Notes under the pieces: generated by a model
What the model saw: the letters and a program-made list of their open reading frames with translations, nothing else
Database searches by the model: none
Told to the model about the DNA's origin: nothing
Assembly (NCBI GenBank): GCA_905178155.1
Contig: CAJINV010000001.1
Span: 10,720,311 to 10,784,310, forward strand
DNA: 64,000 nucleotides
From: Amoebophrya sp. A120
Taxonomy: Eukaryota; Protista; Dinoflagellata
Direction of reading: 5' to 3'
Translations under genes and position numbers: made by a program
Shown: positions 15,519 through 28,959 of the stretch, in pieces
Layout of the letters: each line of letters begins with the position of its first letter
Numbering within the stretch: position 1 is the stretch's first letter

Positions 15519-18500
15519 CTAATCCAATTCCTCTTCTTGCAGACCCGTTACACGCCCCCCGGCTGTGAACCTCCCCAACTGAGCAGCTGCCTTTCGCTCG
15601 GCCCGCCCGATCTGGTTTCCAGGCGCGTGCAAGTTTCTCTGGAACGTGGTCGCAAACACCAACTTCCCCCGCACTTTCGCAACGCTCTTCCGCAGTCTCT
15701 GCGAGCCTCCGGCGGACGAACTATTTGATACGGAGCTCCGCCTTATCGAACTTTCATCTGCGGGTGGCTGCGACACTGCTTCTGTCTCGTTCTCGATCCC
15801 GTCCTGAAGAAGTTCCACTGGTGGGGCAGCTCCTGTTACACTCCCCTTGGAACTTCTTTTGAACAACGACCGCCTGCTCAGTTCTTCCTCTACGATCGTC
15901 GTCCGTTTGTCAGCCAATTCCTCGAGGATAGAGCTTCTCGTGGTCCCAAATTGTCCTGCTGGAATGGTGCCCCGCCTTTGCTCCTTCATTCCGGACACAG
16001 AAAATGATCCACCCATTTGTAGCATTTCCTCTGTGCTGTTGTAATCCAACGCTTGCTGCGTTTGTTCGGTTTTGGACTTCCGCGACATCATCATACGCTG
16101 TTCTTTGTCTCCTGCAGCTACCAACATTTCTCCCGACGGGCCGGCTTGCACGTCTACTACGATTTCGTCCACTTGTTGCCCACCTATTTTTCGGGATTTT
16201 CTTGCTTCCGAAACTCGTGCGCTTGTTCCCGTTCCCGTCATGGATCTGCGGTCCACCATATTATTATCCAACGTTGGTTCATCTAGATCCGCAGAGGCCG
16301 CCGCGGCCGCTGACTTACGCACACTAATCCTATTTCCTCTTTGCGAAAGTACCGCAGCAGCTGGATCTACTAACTCTTCGTAAACACCAGAGGCGGACTT
16401 CGCCGCCAAGGCCTCAAAGGGCTTCGTCACTGACTTTCTACTTTTCGACCCTGCCAAGATACTCGCTCCGACGCCGACCTTGGTCGGGTCTACGGAACTG
16501 CTGGACTTGCTCGACCGAGCGGAGGACTTGATCGACCGCGCGGACGACATGGGCGCTGCTGTTGCATCTTCTCGTTGGACCACTTTATTCTCCATTTCCA
16601 AATACGGCGGAGTGACGCCGAGGATTTGTGACGAACGGTTCTTCTCTGCGTCCAGCTGTAGTTGTACTCCGGGCGAGGACACCGCACTGGTTCTTCCGCT
16701 CTTTCGCTGGCTTTTTCGCAAAGCAGGTACTATCTGTTCTGCGTCTGCACCCTGCGGTTCAAGGTCCTCAAAGTCTAACGCACTTGGTGGCTCAGAAGGG
16801 AACTGCTCCATGTTAGCGGCAGAAGCTCGGACCGCGCGGTCCTGGCTGCCGCGGGTGTAGTTTCCAACAAGCCCCAGTTGTTCTTCGATCTCAGCTACCC
16901 CAGCATAAACGGGTTCCTCGTCTTCGAACTGTTGCTCTTTCCTGTCCTCCAAATTATCCTCTCCTCCTGCGTGGTCGTTCATGATTCCGTGCATCTTTCC
17001 GCGAAACGAGTCGAAGTCCAGGGCCTTCTGCAGTGCCTCCTCCGCCTCCAGCGCCGTCCGGTGCAGCTCCGCTGCCTCCGCCGCTTCCCGAGCTCGCTGC
17101 TCCTCCGCTTCCTTTTTCTGCCGCTCGATGTCACCCATTTCCTTAATCGCGAAAGCAGTCTGCACGTCATTCCGGACCAACCGCGCGAGTTTGTTCTTCT
17201 TCGCCATCGCGCCCCCCTCCTTGGCCAGGTCCTTTGCTTCGTCTTTCTTGAGCTTAGACGTCAGCCCGGCGCCGAGCAAATTTTTCTGCTTCTCCTTTTG
17301 CTTTGCTTTTTGCTTCGCTTTCTCCATCTCGAGCATCAGCCGCTGCGCATCGGAGGTGTGCACCGCCTTCCGCGCTTTATCTCCAGCAGTAGTTGTCGGG
17401 GAAGAACCATTGTCTGTTTGTCCGGCTACTATTTCTCCTGTCGGTGCGCAGTAGAATTTGTCCATGTCTGCTCCTACTTCCCCTAGCGCCTCGTCCTGGT
17501 TCAACTCTTCCAAGTCCTCCACGCCCATCCGCGCTGCCTGTTCGGCTTCCTGCCTCGCCTCCTCCTCCAATTTTTCGATCTGCGCCCCCTCGAAGCCTAT
17601 GCATTGCAAAAATGTCTGGGTCTGGAAGATTGCAACTTGTAATGCTCTTTCTGTATCGTGCAAAAATCTGTGTTGCATGAATGCCAAAACCTGTCCACTT
17701 TGGACCAAGTTGAGAGGAAGTCTCTCATGCAGGAAAGGCATGATACGGATCTCGCAGAATCTGTCATGCTAGGTCCTGCATTAGAGGCGTTATGGATCAT
17801 ACAAAACATGCATGACAAATCGTGCAATCTTCCAGACCCAGACATTTTTCCATTTGATAAAGCCCTCCCAGTCAAACTCCGGAACGTCGTCCAAACCGTG
17901 GTGTTCCGAGAGGAAAACGCGCAAATCCGAACGCAAATCTTCTTCGTTCCACAGCTTGTGCTGCCGGAGCTTCAAACGCAAAAACGTGTCCAGGGACTCT
18001 TCGACGCGCGCGGTCAAGGTGGAACTAGCATTTTTGCTCGCGGCATCCCCGGCGACGGGGGAGTGTGCTTTTTGATCTTCATTTTCATTGCTTGTTTCCG
18101 CATTGTTGTTCGCCACCGCACCCGATTCTTGTTCCTCTTCCAAGTTGGTGAAGTAGTCCGCTAGTTTCTCCGTTTCCGCCGTACCGATCATGGACTGCAA
18201 ACCCAGTAAGTGCTGGGTCAAGGGGAACGCCCTCCAGTCGTGGTTCCTCAGTGCGGCGGAGGGACTGGTTATGTTTTCCGGGTCGGATGTTTTCGCCTGG
18301 TCGAAAAGCGGCTTGCACACGAGTTTCAGCCAGTCAGACTGCCAGAGCTGCCCCCAGTCGTTGGCGATTCGCGCTTGCAGGTCAAACTTTTTGTGCACCC
18401 GGGACTCCCGCGTCTTCATGTTCTTGATCGCGAACATACCGTCGAGTTCTTGCGCTTTTTTTGCTTCCTCTTTCGCTTTCCTCTTCGCTTCTCGTCTCCT

Positions 18501-21500
18501 TCGCTCCGCACTTTCGGGATGCGAATCCATGGCGTGCCAGAGTAGCTCGCTATCGCCGTGACTCACACGTTGCAGCAGCCTTGTCTCGTCGAAATCTACT
18601 AGGTTCTTGATGTCGCGAGCCAAATTGTCCTCGCTCTGCTCGTCCTCTGTGCTATCGGGGTAAAAACGAAAGACGCCTTGCTGGCTGCCGGAGGGGCTGC
18701 CGGGAGCTCTCGGACCATTGTTCGCCGATGATTTCTTGTCTTTCGACCTGTGCCCCTCGTCCTCGTCATCGGTCGAACGGAGGCTTGCAAAGCTTTTGGA
18801 CCCAATGGACTTGATCGACTGAAGCGAGGCCTGGGAGCGGAATCGCACCGTTGTCGCCTTCTCCTTCAAGGCATTGACGAGAAACTGCTGCCGCCACGGC
18901 GGCGTCTGCTGCTGCTGCGTGCCGACGGGCCGCCAGCCGAACCGCACCTGCCCAGGTGAGAAAGACGGCACCCCGAGTTTCCCTCTCCACGGAGCCGCGG
19001 GGGCCTCTTCGCTGCTCTCGCTCACCGCTTTCTCCGAGTCGAAGGATAATTTCTGTTGTTCTATTTCCAGCGAAGAGTAGTTCTGCAGTTGTCCTCTTCC
19101 GGACACCCGCACACTTCGCCCTGCCAACGCCCTTTTCTGCGTCACCAGCTTTGTCGGCGCGCCGAGTGCGGAAGGCTTGTTCACTTGCTTGCGCACCCGC
19201 TCCACCACCGCATCCGCCGACGAGGAGACCCTCTGCAGGGCCGGAATCCCTTGACTGCCATCGCTCGCAGACGCGGCGCTGTCGCGAAACGGAGACTTTT
19301 TCAATGGCTGGCTGTACCCCCCGGCGAAGGACGAGAGCAGCGTTTTGTTGTTATTGTCTCCCGCAGGAGTCGTGGTGGTCTCCTGAGCCGAATCCACCGC
19401 GGGTCGGTATGCAGGGTGGCCAGGTGGGGGATAGTACCCTGGTATCACGCACATCGGCGTGCCGCGCGGCACGTAAATGAACGGTCTGTCCGGGTCGGCG
19501 GATTGATTATCTTCTTCCAGTCCAAAAGTTACCCCATCGGAGGACGCGCGCGTCGTCTTGGGACTACTGCTCGTGGCTTTGTATTGAATCGTGGGACGGA
19601 ATGCAGGACCGTCTTCCTCTTCTGCGGCGTCCACCACAGAGGACTCCGCCATCTGTGCAGTCAGCTGTCCTCGATCTTTGTGTTTCGTCCCACGGCGGCC
19701 CCCGGTTCCACGTGTTTCCGCCTGTTTCTCAACACCGGTCGACGTCCGACGCCGCTCTACGTCTTCCTCAGTTGCGGAGTCGGTAGCTGCTGCACGACCC
19801 AGGTCCTTGTCGATTTGTCCCCCCGGTGGAACATCCTGACTCTTACCCTGCTGGTCACCACCACGGGCCGCGGTCGCCCAGCGGGAGCGGCGAAAGAAAC
19901 CTTTCATAGACCGCTCCGTGTTGCCGTACACGTCTAGCGCGAAGAACTCCTGCTCCCGCTCCCGCAGTCCGGCGCAGCGGAAGCCCGAGCGGTCGGCCTG
20001 CAGCCAGTCGCTGGTGTACTGGAAAAATTCCTCGGCCAACTCGCTCGCCTCGCGGCCGGCCGTCTCGCCAAACCGCTCCTGTACCTCGTGCAGCATCATC
20101 GCCAGCAGTCGGTACCGGGTAGACGCCAACGCCCTGCGGACGAACTGCACGCAGTACTTGGGGTACATATCCGCGACACTGGCGTGGTGCGGCAGGAACG
20201 CCAGCCCCGGGTCTTCCGACAACGGGCTCGTTTCCGGGTACACCACGTCGTGCGGACTGCTCCAGTAGTGCGCGCTGTTCAGTTGCGCCAAGTGCCCCGT
20301 CCCCTTGCGCAGGTACGCGCCCACGTCGGCGAAGTGCTGCTTCTGCTGTTTGAACGACGCGTGCATCATTTTCTGCTCCGGGTTGTGGTGGTCCTGGAAG
20401 AACTTCGCGAGCGCCTCGTTGGAATCCGGGGCGGTGTGCAGCAATCGCCCCGTCTCCTTGTCGAACTTCGTGCCGTCAATTTGGCACAGCAACAAATTCC
20501 TCTTCACGTTTTCCGGTAGCAGCACGAGCACCTGGTTCGTGAGCATGCACGCGAGCAGGTCGGGAAACTGCATCACGTGCTTGGCCACCTCCTCGCGATC
20601 GAAGTCGCCTTCGCCGCTGAGCGCGCGGGCCAGCTCAATTAGGTGCACGAGGCCGGCCCGGTTTTCCGGCGTCAGGATGAAGTCCTCAAACATTTGCTCC
20701 GTCGGGACGGCGAGCTTCTCCCCCTGACTCAAAAGCAAATTCTCGCCCGGATTGGGGTCGTCTTGCGTGTCGCCTTCTTGCTCGCTTTTCCCCTGCTGGT
20801 CCGAACCGAGCGAAGTGGCGCTGCTATTCTTGCCTTGGCTCAGCTTGTTCGTTGTTGCATTTGGATCGTTATCAGCACTTCGGCCGACAAGGTCCTGCAG
20901 TGCGTCGTTGCTTGTGCTCGGCTTCTTCAAAATCGTTTTCACGACACCCATGGAAACGCGCGGCTTTCTGGGTTCGCCCCGGCGCCGGCTGGTGCGCGAG
21001 GACAGTGCCGCGCCGTCCGATTGCTTCTCACTGGGACGAGCGACCTCGATGTTCCGTGACAGCGGGACTCTGGATTTGTTCAGCTGCTCCGCAGTAGAAG
21101 CTGGTGCATCGCCTTCCGTTTTCGCTTTGCCGTTAGTATTCTCAGTTCTTTTTTCCACGCGGCTCTTCCGCTCCTGTGGGAAGGTCGCGCCGGCGAAGGC
21201 GTTCTGGTTCAAAACCCGCTGCATGTTCGTCAAATACTTGTTGTAGTCCGACATTTCGAGGGGCGCATCTTCCGCGGTTTTATTCGGTCGCCTGCTTTCC
21301 GGAGTGAAGACGTCGAAGCTGCTAGGGAGCTGTGCTTGCAACTGGAACGTGGGCGCAAAAGAAAATCCCGCATCCTCCACGGGCAAGCGAATCGGCGCGA
21401 ACTCCGGTGGCAGCAGGTCGACCTTTCTGCCCGCCCCGTCGAGTCTTGCCGCATCACCAGGCGCCGCTAGAAGCCCCCGCAAAATATCGCTGTCGTCTCG

Positions 21501-22710
21501 AAGCGGCGAAGCTGCAGTATTTGCTTGTCCAAGTTTAATATTACCTGTAGTTGCTGGCCGCACGCCCGACCTCCGTTTGAAATCCTCCAGTCCGGTCGTC
21601 ACGGCTGCCGATCGGCGGGGATCGCGGACTGCTAAACTTGCGGGCATGTCGATAGCAGCGGATGAATCATCGTTGCTTTGGCTCGGTAGTGTCGTGGCAC
21701 CTCCCGGCGGTCCCAGCAACATGTTATTTCTCGCCTGGTCTTTTTCTCCTTCTCCTTCATTAGTTGTCACAGACCTGAGGGAAATCCCGGTTATCGTACT
21801 CCCCGGCGGCTTCCCTTCGCCCTCCGTCAGTGCCCCGGCAAAGACGATGGAAGGCCGCGTACCGCCTGACGTATTCGTCGTCCCGCTATGAGTTGACGAG
21901 CGAAGAAGTGTGGTATGCGTTGTACGAGCACTGTCAAAACGCCATGCTGCCAGGGGACCGACCACATCCGCTTGTTCTTCCCCTGCTTCCGCGCCCGATC
22001 TAACGGAGTCATCGCGCAATATACTTCCTCGCCCCTGTTCTTCTTCTTCTTCGTCTGGCGCGAGCGGAACCGCGACCAGGTCGTGCGGATGGTTGGCATT
22101 CTTCAGAAGCGCACTTGCGAGCGCCTCTAGATCCTCATCCTCGGCATTTTCGATATCAAGGACGCCGCCAGGATTTTCACCCGGCCCCGCTTCGCCCTCG
22201 GCTTGATGCAGACGTCCCGAAAAATCCGACGCTCGATTCGCGTCCTGTTCCTGTGGCGTACTCTGTCCGAACAGTCGCGCCCAGTCCGCAGCCGAGGGGT
22301 GTCTGGACTGCGAGGAGCTGGTGCGCGCATTTCTCTGCAACGCGGCAGACAGGAAGGCGGACCTAAATTGGGTAGCGTGGGACAAGATGACAGAAACTTT
22401 GGTTTTTTTTTCACGACACACAGGCACATCAAATGAACATCATCCTCGGAACTACATCAACACATAATCATCATCATCATCATCATCTTGCTAGCATAGG
22501 GGAGGGCTGCTAGGGGTTTTGGGACTTGGGTCAACTTCTATACCTTTTTTGCTCTTCTCGGCGCCAGAACTCCTTTTCCTTCGTGCTTTTCTTTTTCCGC
22601 TTGACTTCCGCTTTCTGGGCGAGCGCCTGGGGGTCGTTCAACAGAAAAGCTAGCTCGGAAAGTTCCGCCTCCCTCTTCTGCATTTTTCTGATCGACTTCG
22701 GCCTGTCCAT
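15519..22710 (-). CDS. Very large (~2200 aa) low-complexity/coiled-coil hypothetical protein
   Basis: Exon 1 (MDRPKSIRKMQKRE...EEQKR) splices GT-AG into the 1545-aa ORF. That ORF joins the 740-aa ORF in frame (DWEGF-EGAQIEK) when the 17598-17859 insertion plus one TSD is removed. Confidence 0.75.
17598..17859. mobile_element. TIR intron/introner, family A
   Basis: 37-bp imperfect TIR TATGCATTGCAAAAATGTCTGGGTCTGGAAGATTGCA. Exact TSD AAGCC at 17593-17597 and 17860-17864. GC-AG compatible in gene sense. Confidence 0.92.
22467..22528 (-). repeat. Short intronic dispersed repeat (stem-loop plus (GAT)n tail), copy 1
   Basis: Reverse complement CAAGTCCCAAAACCCCTAGCAGCCCTCCCCTATGCTAGCAA(GAT)n is nearly identical to 46497-46553. 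Confidence 0.85.
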
Positions 22711-23525
22711 CTTCGCGTGCGACTAAAATCAAACCGATTGATGAACAAAGAGGGGTATATCTGATCAGATCGATGTCGATTATCCAAGTTTTCTCATTGT
22801 ACTACTTCTTTCTGTAGAAAAAGCAAACGTAACGCACACGCTTACGCATCAAGATGGTAAAGAGGAGCGAAACATACTGTACTAAGGAAGTGGTAAATTT
22901 TGGGTAGAGCTGCAACTGTGCCTGGTCGGGTACCAATCAAGCGCAAGGCATCTTTTGTTTTGCAAATCATTCTTTCACGATTCGGCGGAGAAATGAACGA
23001 AGGCGATTCTTTCACAGGACGCAAGAAAACGCGAACGCAACAACTACGGTGACCGAGACACGAAAAACCGAGGGCTGGATTTCAAATAACTTTGCACGAA
23101 CCGAAAAGTTGATTCCAACAGGACGAAACGAAAAGTACGACTCATCTTTATGGAGCAATGCGGACGACCGAACGAAGGAATTCCGAAATTGAGTGTATAT
23201 ATGTGACGAAAGGCGAACTGTATACTAGACGCGGCATTAGAACAGCGGTCTTTTGCAGCATGGGTGCCTTCTAAACAAGTCAATCGCCAATAGGCAACAT
23301 CAGCAAAGTAAGATTGTGTGTTTCTTTCTCTTTATTGTCTTCTTTCTTTCTTCATGTGCCCGGGCGCGGCCCGTTTGAAAGTAGCGAAACCAAGCAATAA
23401 AGCACATATATCAATGTCGTGTTCTTTGGAACTTGTTTTCACTACTTGCGTAATCTGCTGCTCTACGTGCTCGCTATAGCCGCTCAGCGCTGGTTGGTCT
23501 TAGTCGCTTCCTATCTTCAAACGTT

Positions 23526-26188
23526 TCACCCTAAGCCGAACCAACTCCGTCCGGGCAGTGCTCCGAGCACACCCGAACCACCGCGCTCCTCGGAAGCGGT
23601 CCTTTGGCCCCGTGATTTGTCTACTTGGTCCTGCGGCAGTGCGGGGACGAGATTTTGGTGTAAAGCCGCTGGCTCCAAGCTGCGAAAAAGTTTTTCTGGC
23701 GACGTAAAGCTCGTTGCCCCGATTAAAAACTTCCGCTCGCCTTTTTCCATTTCAGAAAGTTTGCGCAGCGCCGCTATTTCACCGTACGTAACGCCACCTG
23801 ATGGAATTGGTAGACAGCTAGGGATGAACTTTTTGTTTTTGTGCCGAAGATGCTTCTCTTTTAGAAAGGAAAACAGGCACAAGATACCGAGAAAAGTCAA
23901 CGGATATAAGTACCTATGAAAAACACGAAGATCGTTTTCTGCTTTTGTTCCTTGTCCTTCGTCTTCTTCGGCAAGCGCTCGGCTTCGCAAACAGGGCCAG
24001 CTAGGAGCGCCATGCTGTCCGATATACTGCCTCGCCACCCGAGCTTCTGAATTAGCCGCACAGAAAGGGGCGCGTAGCCACCTGTACATAAAACGCGTAT
24101 TGATTTTTGGTCGTTCCTGTAGTCGTCTTCCGAAATCAACCAATACTGCGTTCAACAACGTTCACGTTCTCCGACTACATTCTGATAAAAAAAACAAAGC
24201 AACTAAAACGCATTACTGTATGCGTAGCTGAACGCGTCTGCCTCCCCGTTCTGGTCGTCAACGACGAGGGAGAAGTCCTTTTTAATCTGGCTCCAATTCC
24301 GTTTGTGGTCCGTGGCGTTTTTCCTTGGTCCGGTTAGCAACCCGGTTGCTTCTAAATTTTGCAATAAAGGCAGCACTTCGTACCCGTAGACCTGCAAAAT
24401 CCCGCGTTTCAGCTGCTCAAAGCTGTTGGTGCTGGGCAATCCTTGGTACACCTCGCAGTACAGGCACAACAGCCTTAAAACGGTCCGTAGTGGCCAGCCG
24501 CTGTCCATGCCCTCCTCAATCCCCGTCAGAGCGCGGCCGGACGTATCAGAGCAGCTCGTGATCGCGTCCTCGAGCTTCCACTCCCGCTGGAAATCAGGTT
24601 GTCCCTTGCTCTCGTTCAGAAACGCGGCAAGGTTGACGTGGGCGGAGAGTAGTGGCTTCTCGAGAGTCAAAGCTTTCAGTTTCACCTGATAAAAAGTTCA
24701 AAATCTGGATCGCCATACAATTGTTCAAATTAATCGCCTGATGTCATAATTCCAATAGGCAAGCAGAAGGCGTATTTACCATGAATCCCTGCATGTCCTG
24801 CACCGTCTGTATGCTGTCCTTCTCGGCTTCGATTTCTTGCATCTTCAGGGTTCGCTTGTGCAGCAACGGCCCGAGCTGCGAAACGTGGCAGTAGCGCACG
24901 TCGCGGAAGAGGGGATCGTCGTTTCCGAGACGAACCGCGCGCGTGCTGTTCGGGCCGCCCACGCCGACCTGCGAATTTTTTCAATTTACCTCAACGACCA
25001 GCTTATGCTTCAAGTTAGTAAAACCGAATCGGGTGTAAAACACGACGAGCGGCTGACACTGACAGACCGTTCAAATGTACTTACCTCGGTCCCCACTACG
25101 TTCGACGGCAACTGTGTTTTTGTGGTGGAAATTCCGAACTCTTGGTCAATCAGCGCTTCGTAGGTGAATTGACTGCAGAGCAGCGACGTCAGATCCGTCT
25201 TCCGGTCGATGAGCACAATCTGATCGATGGAGTTGTTGTTCCCTTTCAATTCACTCAACGCCGCCCCCGCCTGCTGCCGTCGTTTGTTCAAGCTGGTTCT
25301 GCTCGAAAAATCGATCACTGTCGGTATGCCCAGCTGCGAAGGTTCTGGTGGTTTCAAATACCCGCATCCACCGGACCCGGCTGCTCCCTCGGGCGACTGG
25401 TTGATGTCGTGCGCAGCTCCCCCCGCAGCATTCTTCGAAGATCCACCCGATCCGGCGGACAGCCTGCCAGAGCACAAAACGTCCGTCACGTACTTGGCCG
25501 CGCGCCCCACACTGGAAATCTTCGGCTTGAATCCTTGGGGGAAAAAACTCGTTTCCCATTGGTGCAGCGCCAACGCCACCTCGTACAGCGAGCTCGGGTC
25601 CTGCGCCAAATGGTAGTCCCCGAAGATGTCCGCCATCTCCATGCTGAGCAAGTCGTCGTCGATCGCAAACATGGAGAGTTGCGGGAGTTCGCGGAGGAAG
25701 TGAATGCTTTCGTACACGTTCTTCTCCTGCAGGATCTGGACGCTCGTGTGGGAGAGTCTTGGCACAAACGCGAGCACGTACGTCCGCTCCGCCACGCCGC
25801 GCATCTGGTGGCTTTGCTCGTCCCGTTGAATTTGCGCGGCGATCCACTCCGCGAGCTGGAAGGACAAGGACCGAACCAGGAAAATCATCTGCGGGGCGTC
25901 GGACACGATCGGGTCCGGGGATAATTTTCTCACTTCCGCGCCGTGTTCGACCAAATCTTGCACCTCCACGATCAAGTCCAGTGCGCGGATTAGAGACTCG
26001 TCCAGCGCCAAGATCTTCCGACCCGAAAACTCGTCCAGCAAATCAAAAATCGCGACCCGCTGTAGCTGCTGCAGCCTGGCCAGATCAACCGTTTCGCAAC
26101 GGGAAAGGGAGGGCAACGTGGACGAACTGCTGCCGCCCGCCTGCTGGCTGCCGCCGGCCGGACCGGGCGTCGGGGTGGGCATTTGCAT
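23526..26188 (-). CDS. VPS33: Vacuolar protein sorting 33 (Sec1/Munc18 family), 5 exons
   Basis: GRKILALDESL, IVLIDRKTDLTSLLCSQFTYEALIDQEFGI, DDPLFRDVR, LSAHVNLA, LRLLCL, YAYSGYAPLSVRLIQ and FVFFIGGVTYGEIAALRKL motifs. Four in-frame GT-AG introns. Confidence 0.92.
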
Positions 26189-26532
26189 TTTTTCTTGTGT
26201 GTGCTTACGAATCCGTTGCTTTCCGATACTATTCACAGAGCGATCTTCGCGCTTGCCTCCTTATCTTGGATGTGCAGCAGACATGGCTCACGAGGCATTC
26301 TTCTAATTACTTACTAACCGGTGTGGTCAACAGGATGAGGATCCGAAATTGAAAGCTGATCTGACAAAACGGTACCGGACCAGACCTGACTTAAAATGAG
26401 AGATCAAAATAAAATTCACACACTGCAAATACGCAAAACACTTCGAACAGATCCTGCATAGCCGATATAGTAGTTTTGAAGGATTCATTATCCGAACGTC
26501 CTTTGCGCCGAAGCACGCGTGGCACTGTAATT

Positions 26533-27684
26533 TCAAAGTTGCTTAGCCAACACCTTACAGAAGGCTTCTGGCTTATCGATAGAAATAAAATGACCAGCGT
26601 TATCCACCGTTTCAAACGGCAGGTTGTGCTCTTTCAGAAAATCCAACGTCGACTGAACAAACGTCAAGTTCGCGCCCGCAGCAACATAAAATAGCTTTTC
26701 TTTTCCGCCACTGTCGGCAAGCTTCGCTCTGCACTGCAAGTACAATTCCGCCGATTTTGCCTCGTCCATGTGGGCTCGCATCACCTTCGCGTACCGGTGA
26801 AACCCGACTGAGCTAGTATGGTTCTGCAGCACCGCATCCCAGTAGAAATACCCGGGTAGGTTCCCGCCTTTTATGAAGTCGCGGAAATCGCGATTCCGCA
26901 CTCCGTGGAATTCTGAGATGTAGTGGCTTTCTGTTGGCGAATTGTTCAAGACCCAATCCACAAGATTTGACCTTTTGGGATATATCAGCGCAGAATCGAC
27001 GACAGTTAACGAGTTCAACTGCGACGCAAACAGGATTCCATAGTGTAGCGCCACAATCCCGCCGAAGCTGTGCCCGACAAGGTCGATTTTCAGGTCGTCG
27101 ACGTTAGTGACTTCCTTTACCGCAGCCTGCGGGGCTATCGTATCAAACTCCGTCAAGTGTGTTGCAGCACCACCCGCAACTGCTTGTCCGTCGCCTGCGT
27201 TTGTTTTCGCCCTTTTCGCATTGGCCAGCTTCTGGTTCAACTGTAGCGTTTTCAGTATGGGCGGTAAAATTTTCTGTTTCACCGCCTCGTTCGCGAACTT
27301 TGCGAGGAAGCGGACGTCGTCTTCATCTGGCGCCTCACCAGGTGGTCGAAAGAGAAAATCGCTCAAGGTCAAGGCATCCCACTCGGAACTGCAGTTTCCC
27401 CCGAAAAACGGCCAGTCGATGACAACGACGAAGCCAATGTGGCCGGGCAACGGGCCTTTGACCAGCGCCGCAAAGTCGGTTTTGCAGCCGCCAATGCCGT
27501 GGAAGCACACCATGACGCCGCTCCTCGCCGGATCCTGTTTTCTACTGTCGTAGAGCCAATAGCGAAGCTGGAACTTTCTTCCATCCACAACTAGGTCCAC
27601 GGGCGGCATCGAATACGGACGGATAAGCTGCGCCGCCGCTTCAAACGTCAACGGTGGGTCGTCTTCCAGGGGTGGCTCCTCCAT
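26533..27684 (-). CDS. Alpha/beta-fold hydrolase
   Basis: 383-aa single ORF with the CFHGIGG oxyanion region, IDWPFFG, nucleophile elbow LVGHSFGG and C-terminal NAGHF. Confidence 0.88.
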   Translation of the reverse strand: MEEPPLEDDPPLTFEAAAQLIRPYSMPPVDLVVDGRKFQLRYWLYDSRKQDPARSGVMVCFHGIGGCKTDFAALVKGPLPGHIGFVVVIDWPFFGGNCSSEWDALTLSDFLFRPPGEAPDEDDVRFLAKFANEAVKQKILPPILKTLQLNQKLANAKRAKTNAGDGQAVAGGAATHLTEFDTIAPQAAVKEVTNVDDLKIDLVGHSFGGIVALHYGILFASQLNSLTVVDSALIYPKRSNLVDWVLNNSPTESHYISEFHGVRNRDFRDFIKGGNLPGYFYWDAVLQNHTSSVGFHRYAKVMRAHMDEAKSAELYLQCRAKLADSGGKEKLFYVAAGANLTFVQSTLDFLKEHNLPFETVDNAGHFISIDKPEAFCKVLAKQL

Positions 27685-28959
27685 TTTGATATGAGTTTCG
27701 AGAGACTAAAAGAGGTCAGAGAATATACAATGCGTGTTCGGAAAGTAGACAATAGGCAAAAGTTTGTTACTAAGAACAGGTGGTCGAGAGAAATGGTAGA
27801 CAAGAACGCGATCGTCTTTCTGCGAAGTTGCTGGTAATACAGAGAAATATCGTGATCGCTGGGAAAAAAACTTGCTCCGACAAAACGAATTCAATAATCT
27901 TCTTTCTAGAATTGGTCATCAACAACGAGACCGGAACGACTCCAGATCCAGTTGGAACAATCTGGTGGCTTTTCCTTCGCGATACCGTTTTCGCGAAGTA
28001 GACCTAACATAGTACATTTATGCGGACTGTCACGCCGAACACTCTTTTTGTGTTTCCCCAGAAGGCGCTGAATCGCTTCTCTAGCGGCTTGAGCAACAAA
28101 AGGTAGCCCATGTTTTTACTGCATTGGGCAGTAACGAGATCGATGGGGACGGCAGTGTCGCAATTTCTTAATAATCAATATTTCATTTTCAATCATGTCA
28201 CGCGCTGACGCAAAAGCGGGACTATCTATCGCATTTTGTTGAATTACGGCGAGTTGTGCCTACCGTGCGAGCTATCAATCTTGTTCGTAGGTAACCTCTT
28301 ACTGGGAGCGATGTGACAAAGTAGACAGAAGCAATCATAACCTCTCGAGGATTCATTCCAGTTGACAATTGATAAGCACCATCAACGAACTGCATCTAGT
28401 GGCATTTTGCCCGTAGATAAGTACTTCGCGTGATACTGTATCCTACTGCAGTACGTGTTCGTTTTGAACCATAGGGTGGCGCTAATATCAAAAGCAGGCC
28501 GCCCATTGGCGGAGAGACATGGAGGACTGGAGGTTCCTGCTTGATTTTTACTTAACTGCGACTAACAAGTTGGATTGAGCAAAGAAAATGCGGTCAAATC
28601 CAAAACTCTTAAATGTTTCTTGACTTCGGCATGGCTGATACATCCTTTCCTTGTTCTTTTATTCTATCTCCTGTACCGCGCGGCGCGCAAGCGCCGAATG
28701 TCAAAACAAAAACTTTCAATCGAACTTGAGACAACTCATTAGATTTCCCTGTCAAGCGGCTGCGGGGCGTTTTTTTCCGACAAACGAAGCGCAAGACTAG
28801 AAACTTGGAGAAATATTAATCACCGCACTGCGTACATCTGGCCCGACAGATCCTATGAGCACCGGAAAATTTCGCTTTTCTGAATTCATAACTTTGCGCT
28901 TTCAAAATACTTTTATCCTAAGTATTCACATCTGTACTTTTTCCTTTCAAATCCCTATT

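Noticed and set aside
17458-17875. Recurring peptides such as KNVWVWKIA, QTQTFL and GGGIFH in several ORFs
   Set aside because: These are translations of introner TIRs, not a protein domain.
12160-22436. Many plus-strand ORFs of 100-330 aa opposite the long minus-strand genes
   Set aside because: Antisense shadows of GC-rich coding sequence (S/A/F-rich) with no independent motifs.
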